64,000 nucleotides of DNA from assembly GCA_963705295.1 (NCBI GenBank), contig OY970065.1:480001-544000 (forward strand), read 5' to 3'. The notes beneath the pieces are model-generated. The model did no database searches. It saw only the letters and a program-made list of their open reading frames with translations, and was not told the origin of the DNA. This stretch comes from Parachlamydiales bacterium (GTDB lineage Bacteria > Chlamydiota > Chlamydiia > Chlamydiales > Rhabdochlamydiaceae). Shown in pieces: positions 1-7,734 of this stretch. How positions within the stretch are numbered: position 1 is the first letter of the stretch; the number at the start of each line of letters is the position of its first letter. The position numbers and the translations under genes were made by a program.

Positions 1-12
1 ACTCTTTAGATT

Positions 13-1416
13 ATGGAAAAGCAAAATTTCGATCTCGTTGTGATTGGTTCAGGTCCCGGCGGTTATGTCGCTGCAATCAAAGCAGCACAAACGGGGAAAA
101 AAGTTGCGCTCATTGAGAAGGGAGAGCTTGGAGGAACGTGTCTCAATGTCGGATGTATCCCCACGAAAACCTTAATTGCAAATGCCCAGGTTTTGGAAAA
201 AATCAAACATGCCGCAGACTTTGGAATTACCACAGGGCCGATTTCGATCGATTACAAAAAAATGAAAGAGAGAAAAGATGGTGTTGTTGCAAAAATTCGG
301 AAAGGTCTCGAAGGGCTCATTAAATCCAATGGGATCGTAATTCTCCGGGGCACCGCCCAGTTTACTTCTCCGAAAGAACTCAAAGTGATGGGCCAAGACA
401 ACACTCTCATCCATGCAGAAAATATCATCCTTGCTTCCGGTTCAGAACCTGTCGATGTCGCTGCTTTCCCGTGCGATCACAAACAGATTTTCAACTCGAC
501 CTCGATTCTAGAATTGACACAGCTTCCCAAAACCTTGGTCGTCATTGGTGGTGGTTACATCGGTTGTGAATTTGCATCTCTCTTTGCTGAACTCGGGGTG
601 AAGGTGACCGTCGTCGAAGCGCTCCCTTCTATTGTCGCTTTCCAAGGCAAAGCAGTCTCCGATGCGTTAACCGCAGCCTTTAAAAAGCAGGGGATCGATG
701 TTCAAACCAACGTGACCGTCGAGAAAATCGATAAAAATGAAAAAGGAGTCACCCTTCATTTGAAAGATCGCGAGCCGATGAGTGCAGACATCGCTCTCGT
801 CTCCATTGGTCGGAAAGTTGTTTCTCAACACCTTGGTCTTGAACAGGCAGGTGTCTTAACTTCCCCACGAGGCGAGATCATCGTCAATGACAAAATGGAA
901 ACCTCCGTACCTGGTATCTACGCCATCGGAGATGTGACCGGAAAAGTCATGCTCGCTCACGTCGCCTCTCATCAAGGGATCGTCGCTGCCATCAATGCCA
1001 CAGGAGGCGATGCAGTGATGCATTACAATGCAGTTCCGGCCGTCATCTTCACTCTCCCTGAAATTGCAACCGTCGGTCTCACCGAGGAACAAGCCATAGA
1101 AAAAGGATACCCGGCTAAAGTCGGCAAATTCCCTTTTCTCGCCCTCGGAAAATCGATCGCCACCGGAGAAACCGATGGATTTGCTCAAGTTGTCTTCGAT
1201 AAAAAAACCGGACAAATCTTAGGAGCTCAAGTCGTCGGTTCAGAAGCCTCTAATTTGATTGCCGAAATGGCCCTCGCCATTGCCAATGAACTCACGGTCG
1301 AGTGCGTGACCGAAACGATCCATGCCCATCCCACCCTGCCAGAAGCATGGCACGAGGCCGCTCTGCTAGCCTTAGATACGCCTATCCATTTACCTAGAAA
1401 GAGTGCTCGCTCTTAA
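13..1416 (+). CDS. lpdA: Dihydrolipoamide dehydrogenase (E3)
   Basis: GSGPGG FAD motif, GGTCLNVGCIP redox disulfide, GGGYIG NAD motif, C-terminal HAHPT. Confidence 0.97.
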   Translation: MEKQNFDLVVIGSGPGGYVAAIKAAQTGKKVALIEKGELGGTCLNVGCIPTKTLIANAQVLEKIKHAADFGITTGPISIDYKKMKERKDGVVAKIRKGLEGLIKSNGIVILRGTAQFTSPKELKVMGQDNTLIHAENIILASGSEPVDVAAFPCDHKQIFNSTSILELTQLPKTLVVIGGGYIGCEFASLFAELGVKVTVVEALPSIVAFQGKAVSDALTAAFKKQGIDVQTNVTVEKIDKNEKGVTLHLKDREPMSADIALVSIGRKVVSQHLGLEQAGVLTSPRGEIIVNDKMETSVPGIYAIGDVTGKVMLAHVASHQGIVAAINATGGDAVMHYNAVPAVIFTLPEIATVGLTEEQAIEKGYPAKVGKFPFLALGKSIATGETDGFAQVVFDKKTGQILGAQVVGSEASNLIAEMALAIANELTVECVTETIHAHPTLPEAWHEAALLALDTPIHLPRKSARS

Positions 1417-3295
1417 CCCATTCAACCAGCGATACAGCGCGGGCCACATCCTCCCGTGTTAATTGAGGGCATCCAATAAGCTCCAGCCTTCTGAGATAGG
1501 ATAAGGATTTAATGAGAAGGAGAAGAGTTTCAATGGTAATATTACAACTACTCAGCTTAAGTTCTTGTAAGGGAAGATGAGACAGAAAAATAAAGGCTCT
1601 ATCGGATAGATTGCGACAACTTGACAGATTGAGTTTTTGTAATGAAATCAATCTTCCTGCTAAGAATGCAACACCAAGATCTGTGACACCCGGGGTGCTT
1701 AAAATAGAGAGATTCCTCAAACGGGTAAGACCGGCTATATGGATCAAACCGGCATCGGTCATCCAATCATTAGTACCAAGATCTAGGTCTATGAGTTTCT
1801 CCAGTTTGCCAATGAAAGAAAGCGCCTTATCCGTTAGCTTGTTGCAACAAGCTAGATCAAGTATTTTTAGATTAGGTAAACACTCTACGAGAGTCCTGAT
1901 ATCATTATCCGTGAGATTTATATTACACTCCAGTCCGAGTTTTTTTAGTTGGATCATTCTTGGAAAAAAGAGCACATTTCCCAGATTAGATGCGAAAAGA
2001 TTCATAATCCGTAATTGGGAAAGAGTCTGAAAAGATGTGAATGCAGGATCTTCAAATCTTATTTCTCGACAGTTTTGAATACTGAGCTCCCTTAAATCTG
2101 TCAGTCGTGAAAACGAAGCAACATGAGCATCTGAAATTTTGATGCTTTCGAGTCTAAGTTCTGTCAGTTTTTTGAGTTGTGTTAGAGCGGCTAAATCGAC
2201 CTGAGAAACCTGTCCGCAGCCCGTAAAACGAAAACTACGGAGATAAGTAAATTGCGCTATTAAAATCAATAATCCTGTATCACTAAACTCATTGCACCGA
2301 CTAATATCTAATTGCTGCAAGAGCGTGAGTGTTGAAAGGGCCGTTAAAATATTCCCATTAAAATTCTGAATCTGTTCGAATTTAAGGATTCGAAGATCCG
2401 TTAATGTAGAAAGAACTGTGAGGTCATTGCCTTCTATTTTTCCGCGATTGACGTAAGGAAGCTTAAGAGTTTGCAATGAGGAGAAGTTGAGAACAATCTT
2501 CTTTAATAGCTCACCTGTGAGGCAGAGACAACCTTCAAAATTAAGAATAGGGAGATTTCCACGATGCTTTTCGAGAAATTCTAAAATTTCTTTTTCTGTT
2601 TTAAAGCGGGAAAGTACTCCCCTATTATAACCAGATAAAGCTTCTTCAATTGTAGGGTCTGTCACTGCTAATCTGTGATAAATTGTCGTAGCAATTCCCC
2701 ACTGTTCAGGCGTCATTTCTGGGATCGTTTCTATCAATATTTTTCTTGCCTGGTTGGAAACAGAGGTCATCCTCAGTTGATCGGTTTGGCAAATAAAATC
2801 TAGTAAGCTATCTACTTCCATATCGGGGAAAGCCGATTTTCCGTGCTCGAGAATGTTCAACATGAGTCGAAAGTTGCTGAGAGAAACGTCTTTGATTTCT
2901 AAGGCATCACTGCTCCCCTCTCGAAAACTGCCATAAAACATTCTTCGAAAGAATTCGCTGGCGTGAGCAAGCCAGGTTTTAAAATGTCCTGGATAAACAT
3001 GAGTTTGCCCTTCTATTTTTAAGCTGAAGGGTGTGAGGTGTTTTTTATCTTCTTCTCTTTCCATGCGGGGCAGAACTTCAGCACAAATTCTCAAAGCAGC
3101 TAAGACAGTGGGTGGTTTAGAAAATTGCACGGCGTACGCCCAACAGTTATGGACAATGGATGGAAGGAGCTCGGTCGAGGTTTTGTTTAGAAATGCATCT
3201 TGAACAGAGCGTGCAGTTCTACCAAGAAAGGATAAATCAGGAAGTTCTCCTTCCCACGGTTTTGCCAATAATGAGAGATTAGTTAGTTGAGTCAT
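1394..3295 (-). CDS. BTB/POZ-domain plus leucine-rich-repeat protein, candidate host-directed effector
   Basis: BTB-like segment HFKTWLAHASEFFRRMFYGSFREG...IKDVSLSNFRLML, followed by many Cys-containing LRRs (e.g. LKILDLACCNKLTDKAL, LQKLNLSSCRNLSDRAF). Confidence 0.85.
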   Translation of the reverse strand: MTQLTNLSLLAKPWEGELPDLSFLGRTARSVQDAFLNKTSTELLPSIVHNCWAYAVQFSKPPTVLAALRICAEVLPRMEREEDKKHLTPFSLKIEGQTHVYPGHFKTWLAHASEFFRRMFYGSFREGSSDALEIKDVSLSNFRLMLNILEHGKSAFPDMEVDSLLDFICQTDQLRMTSVSNQARKILIETIPEMTPEQWGIATTIYHRLAVTDPTIEEALSGYNRGVLSRFKTEKEILEFLEKHRGNLPILNFEGCLCLTGELLKKIVLNFSSLQTLKLPYVNRGKIEGNDLTVLSTLTDLRILKFEQIQNFNGNILTALSTLTLLQQLDISRCNEFSDTGLLILIAQFTYLRSFRFTGCGQVSQVDLAALTQLKKLTELRLESIKISDAHVASFSRLTDLRELSIQNCREIRFEDPAFTSFQTLSQLRIMNLFASNLGNVLFFPRMIQLKKLGLECNINLTDNDIRTLVECLPNLKILDLACCNKLTDKALSFIGKLEKLIDLDLGTNDWMTDAGLIHIAGLTRLRNLSILSTPGVTDLGVAFLAGRLISLQKLNLSSCRNLSDRAFIFLSHLPLQELKLSSCNITIETLLLLIKSLSYLRRLELIGCPQLTREDVARAVSLVEWVKSEHSF

Positions 3296-3414
3296 AATTT
3301 AAAATTAAGATTATATCAAAATAGCGCCTTTAATACTATTAATACATATGTCATTTAAAATGAGCCGCTTAACAAATTCTTGTTCCTTAAGGTCCCGACA
3401 CTTATTCTAAGAGG

Positions 3415-4341
3415 ATGCATGATAAATTGAAGGTTTTGAACAAACTCCCGGAAAATCCTGAAAAGGGGATGGGTAGATTTCCATCCTGGCTCCACCGAAC
3501 CATCCCGAAAGGTGGAAATCTTTTCAAGACCGATACCATTGTCAAAAAGTACCGACTGAATACCGTATGTGAAGAAGCCAAATGTCCGAATAGGCTCCAC
3601 TGTTATTCTCACAAGACAGCGACGTTTCTAGCGCTCGGAAAAGCGTGCACGAGAAATTGTGGGTTTTGCGATATCGACTTTACCAAAAGTCCCCTGCAGC
3701 CAGAGGAAGATGAGCCGGAGCGGATCGCCGCTTCTGTTCAAGAACTCGGTTTGAAACATGTGGTCATCACCATGGTGGCAAGGGACGATCTTTCCGATGG
3801 AGGATCTCTCCATTTAGCTAAAATTATACGAGCTGTGCGTGCGGCAAATCCCGGTTGTACTATGGAAGTCTTAACTTCGGATTTTAATGGCAATATCGAT
3901 GCCTTAGATGTGGTTCTGGATGAACATCCCGAGGTTTTCAATCATAATATCGAAACCGTCAGAGCCATGACCCAGCGCGTCCGCCATAAAGCGACGTATG
4001 ATCGAACCCTGTCCGTTCTGCACCATGCAAAACAATCAGAGAAAGTTCCTCTCGTCAAATCAGGTCTCATGGTAGGACTGGGCGAAACCGATGAACAGAT
4101 CTTTGAAACGCTCCGAGATCTAAAACATGCCGGATGCGACATCGTCACCATCGGCCACTATCTTCAAGCCAACATCCGAAAACTCACCGTCAAATCATTC
4201 ATCACCCCAGAGCAATTCAAACAGTACGAAGATTATGGTTACAGTCTAGGCATATCGCAAATGTACTGCGGCCCTTTCGTCCGCTCCTCCTTCAATGCCG
4301 GCGAACTCATCGCATTATTAACCCGAGAGGTCAAAAGGTGA
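3415..4341 (+). CDS. lipA: Lipoyl synthase
   Basis: CEEAKCPNRLHC and CTRNCGFC cluster motifs, HNIETV, PFVRSS. Confidence 0.97.
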   Translation: MHDKLKVLNKLPENPEKGMGRFPSWLHRTIPKGGNLFKTDTIVKKYRLNTVCEEAKCPNRLHCYSHKTATFLALGKACTRNCGFCDIDFTKSPLQPEEDEPERIAASVQELGLKHVVITMVARDDLSDGGSLHLAKIIRAVRAANPGCTMEVLTSDFNGNIDALDVVLDEHPEVFNHNIETVRAMTQRVRHKATYDRTLSVLHHAKQSEKVPLVKSGLMVGLGETDEQIFETLRDLKHAGCDIVTIGHYLQANIRKLTVKSFITPEQFKQYEDYGYSLGISQMYCGPFVRSSFNAGELIALLTREVKR

Positions 4342-4488
4342 CAACCTGCTTGCTGCACTCCTGCCCGATCGATCCTCCTCCTCGGCCTAGCCTCCGGCTA
4401 TGGTCCTCGTCGGTCGGACCGCTAACGCTTCGATCGGGCAGGAGTTCGCTGGCGCATGTTGTCACCTTTTGACCTCTCGGGTTAATAA
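4315..4488. mobile_element. MITE-like palindromic element (family A)
   Basis: Perfect 31-bp inverted repeat (4315-4345 / 4458-4488) with TTAA near both ends, and a nested 16-bp inverted repeat (4357-4372 / 4430-4445). Confidence 0.75.
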
Positions 4489-4528
4489 AATAAACCTGGG
4501 GTTCAACCATAAACATAGGTAACACTTT

Positions 4529-5962
4529 TCATTCTAAAAGCTGGCTAAAATCAATCACCTTATCAAAATAACTTTGATCCAAAACGGTATCTTCAACCCC
4601 ATTAACATGAATTAGAACAGGCCTTACTGAAAACCGTTTAGGCACTTTTAGCCGTTTTATCTTTTGTTCCACTTCTTCAATGACTGGCATCCCTATAGAA
4701 TTTTTAGAAAACTTAACCTCACAAACGTATAAGGTATTAAAACGTGTCTGGATCATATAGTCCACTTGACAGCCTTCTCGTCTTGCAGCTGGTTTTTGAA
4801 AAAAAGGTCCGTCCATTACGATTTCTTCTAAAGGAACCCCTATCATTTTCCACAGAATTTTACGATTATGCGAAACAAGATTTTCGAATTGCAGTGCCAT
4901 AACACAATCCCATGCTGGAAGACTGGCCAACATTGAACTTGTGAACGTACCTCTATCAATTTTTGCTTGATTCGGAGCAATATATTTTAGATAAAATCTC
5001 AGGTAATTATCACTTAGACGATAGCGGCTTAATTTACCCTCTTTCCCATCCTGTAAATGCCATGTGAAATCTCTTTGTACAAAGCCGGCTTTGACAAGAT
5101 CATTAAGATGTTTAGTGTAGGTCCCTCCTAAGTGTTTTTTCAGTTCCTTGCAAATTTGCAACAAATCTTTGGGCCCATCCGCTAAGCACTTCACAATTTC
5201 CTTATGTTGAGCATTACTTTTAGAAAAAACATCAGAAAATATCTCCTCAAACTCTTTTACAAGCAAGCCGCCTTTTGTAAAACAAAGATTACGAATATTT
5301 TGTTCTGCTGAAAGATTTGGTCTAATCTGCTCAAGATAAAAAGGAATTCCCCCAGTGACAGAAAGAAGTTTGAATTTTTCAAAGGAAGAGACTTTTTTCT
5401 CCTTAGGATGCCAAAAGGCATTACAGACGTTTAATGGAAGCTCCTCAAGCACTAAATCAATTGCAATCCTTCCAACAAACCCAGTGTTGCTTAGTATATT
5501 ATCCTCTATCCAAGAAGAAATCGATCCACAAAAAATAAGAATCAGGCGAGGATTTTTACTAAAATACATATCCCATGAATTTTTCAATTTTCCTAAAAAT
5601 TCGGGATCTTTACTTCCCATCCAGGAAATTTCATCCAAAACAACCAAGACACGTCCTTGCTGAGTATGTTTAGAGAGATGCCAAAACATGTTTCCCCAAT
5701 CATCCGGACTAATCCCTGGTATTCCTGCTCTTGAAAGCTGCCGCGTAAATTCATCCCTCTGCAATTGTGCTGTCGTTTTACGACTCGGAGGCGTACCTGT
5801 AAAAAAAAGGCTCTTCATTCCTTTGCCAAACTCAGCGAGAAGTCTACTTTTCCCAATCCGTCTTCTTCCACGAACCACGATTAGGCTTGCACTTCTAGCG
5901 CTTAATAATCCCTTAAGACGCTCCATTTCAATTTCGCGACCAATAAACGGTAGTTCTTTCAT
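4529..5962 (-). CDS. AAA+ (archaeal-type) ATPase with probable wHTH and C-terminal PD-(D/E)XK-like (DUF234-type) domain
   Basis: Walker A GRRRIGKS, Walker B VVLDEI, GGIPFYL, C-terminal QVD...CEVKF. Confidence 0.85.
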   Translation of the reverse strand: MKELPFIGREIEMERLKGLLSARSASLIVVRGRRRIGKSRLLAEFGKGMKSLFFTGTPPSRKTTAQLQRDEFTRQLSRAGIPGISPDDWGNMFWHLSKHTQQGRVLVVLDEISWMGSKDPEFLGKLKNSWDMYFSKNPRLILIFCGSISSWIEDNILSNTGFVGRIAIDLVLEELPLNVCNAFWHPKEKKVSSFEKFKLLSVTGGIPFYLEQIRPNLSAEQNIRNLCFTKGGLLVKEFEEIFSDVFSKSNAQHKEIVKCLADGPKDLLQICKELKKHLGGTYTKHLNDLVKAGFVQRDFTWHLQDGKEGKLSRYRLSDNYLRFYLKYIAPNQAKIDRGTFTSSMLASLPAWDCVMALQFENLVSHNRKILWKMIGVPLEEIVMDGPFFQKPAARREGCQVDYMIQTRFNTLYVCEVKFSKNSIGMPVIEEVEQKIKRLKVPKRFSVRPVLIHVNGVEDTVLDQSYFDKVIDFSQLLE

Positions 5963-5999
5963 TAATCTAAAATTATACTGAGAGTGCCCTTATAAATCA

Positions 6000-6085
6000 A
6001 GCAGCAAATATACATTTGCACATTTACTGCTAATTTTTATAGAGTCAAAAAACAGCAGCAAACATGCATTTGCACATTTACTGCT
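6000..6085. repeat. Two direct copies of a 32-bp imperfect palindrome upstream of the ATPase gene (possible operator)
   Basis: AGCAGCAAAYATRCATTTGCACATTTACTGCT at 6000-6031 and 6054-6085 (30/32 identical). Confidence 0.8.
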
Positions 6086-7688
6086 GATATCTGTGTGTCT
6101 CTGTGGTTTCATCTTCGAGATAAGCGAAGCGGAAGTCGAGTTGGAAGAGATAGTTTAGATGGACATTTTTGACGTAGGGTTGCTCGAGGTAGGCGGCTCT
6201 GGCATCGGTTAGGGGGATGGAAGGCATTTCATCGATGAAGATTTCTTCGGCTGCTTCGAGATGCTTCCATTTTTCTTCTTCGGTTGCTGCATTGTAGCAC
6301 GCTTCGGCGTGACGGATGTAATCGGTGTTTTCCCAGCCGGTATAATTGGGTTGGGTATTTTTGAGTTTGAAAATGTCGAGGAGGTTGGCGGGGTCGTCGT
6401 ATTGCATGAGCCAGCCGTACCGGGCGATTTCATGTTCGTTGTTGTAGAATTTTCGGATAAAGATGGGAGAATCGGTTCCTTCGGCTATGGCTTTGATGCC
6501 GAGGTTTTCGAGCCACATTTGTTGGATGGCTTGGATGACCTTGGACCAAAGGTTGTTCGAAACGTAATTGAGTGTGATGACAGGAAACTGGTCTTTGGTG
6601 ATGCCGAGTTGTTCGAGTCCCTTCGCGAAGTGTTCTTTGGCTTTGGTGATATCATTATCTTGAAACCACGGGTGCCATTTCTCTTTTTTTAGAATTTTGG
6701 GGATAAGTCCGAGGGAAGGCGATGGGTTATCAAAATGCAGGACATCTTGCATGATTTTATGACGATCGATCGCGTAGGCGAGGGCTTTTCGGATATGGGC
6801 GTTATTTAAAGGGAATTTATTGGTGTTGAAGAAAAGCCAGTGTGTTCCTGCGCCTTCAATCCAATGAAGGGCGTTTTTTTCTTTAAGTGCGGGAATGGCA
6901 TCGGGGGAGATTTTGGAGAGCGGTTCGCCGAGCCAATCGATTTCACCTTTCTCAAACATGAGAAGAGCGGTTCCTTGGTCTTTCACAATGAAATAATCGA
7001 TTTCATCGAGCCGAGTTTGGTCGGCATTCCAATAGAGGGGATTTTTTTCCAATACGATTTGATTTTGGAAATGGTACTTTTTGAGTCTGAAAGGTCCAGA
7101 GCAGACAAAATGGTTGTAGTCGAGGGGGCTGTAACGCATGCTTTTGTGGACGGGCAAAAAGATCGTATTGATCAGGATATTGAGAAAATTCCGGTGTGGT
7201 TTTTCCAGCTGAATGACGAGGGTTTTATCATCGGGTGAGGTGATTCCGACTTGGTCGATCGACACGGTTCCTAAAACGGCCTCTTTGGCGTTCTTTATAA
7301 AATAAAATAAGTTGGTGTTGGCGGAAGAATAGGCGGGGGTGAGAGCTGCTTTCCAGGTCTCTTCAAAATCGTGGGCTTTAATCGAAGAGCCGTCCGACCA
7401 GAGGCAGTCGCGGATGTGAAATGTATACGTTTGGAAATCTTTTGATACTTCGTAAGATGTGGCTAAATCGAGCTGAGGAGCCAGATTTTGATCCAAATAA
7501 ACAAGCCCTGAAAAGAGCATACGGACGACGCCTTGACTTGCCATATCGACTCCTTTCCGCGGATCCATGGAGTTGATATCCGAACCAAGACAAGTTCGAA
7601 GTGTCTGCCGGGGTGCATGTTGCTGCTCATTTTGACATGCAGTTAGCACTACAAGAAATAAAAACAAAAAACCGATTTTGCGATACAC
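6078..7688 (-). CDS. oppA: Oligopeptide ABC substrate-binding lipoprotein (OppA family)
   Basis: Signal peptide with lipobox LTAC; SMDPR, LFSGL, WSDG, SGPF, KNPLYW, IRKALAYAIDR motifs of SBP family 5. Confidence 0.9.
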   Translation of the reverse strand: MYRKIGFLFLFLVVLTACQNEQQHAPRQTLRTCLGSDINSMDPRKGVDMASQGVVRMLFSGLVYLDQNLAPQLDLATSYEVSKDFQTYTFHIRDCLWSDGSSIKAHDFEETWKAALTPAYSSANTNLFYFIKNAKEAVLGTVSIDQVGITSPDDKTLVIQLEKPHRNFLNILINTIFLPVHKSMRYSPLDYNHFVCSGPFRLKKYHFQNQIVLEKNPLYWNADQTRLDEIDYFIVKDQGTALLMFEKGEIDWLGEPLSKISPDAIPALKEKNALHWIEGAGTHWLFFNTNKFPLNNAHIRKALAYAIDRHKIMQDVLHFDNPSPSLGLIPKILKKEKWHPWFQDNDITKAKEHFAKGLEQLGITKDQFPVITLNYVSNNLWSKVIQAIQQMWLENLGIKAIAEGTDSPIFIRKFYNNEHEIARYGWLMQYDDPANLLDIFKLKNTQPNYTGWENTDYIRHAEACYNAATEEEKWKHLEAAEEIFIDEMPSIPLTDARAAYLEQPYVKNVHLNYLFQLDFRFAYLEDETTETHRYQQ

Positions 7689-7734
7689 TTGGGCTACAAA
7701 TTCTAGGGTAATTTTTATTTATTTTCAATGGGTG

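Noticed and set aside
4134..4525. Mirror ORFs 4134-4472 (+) and 4331-4525 (-) sharing INPRGQKVTTC
   Set aside because: The shared peptide is a by-product of the palindromic element, with no evidence of coding.
6000..6085. Possible mini CRISPR array (32-bp palindromic repeats)
   Set aside because: Only two non-identical copies with a 22-bp spacer, and no cas genes in the window.
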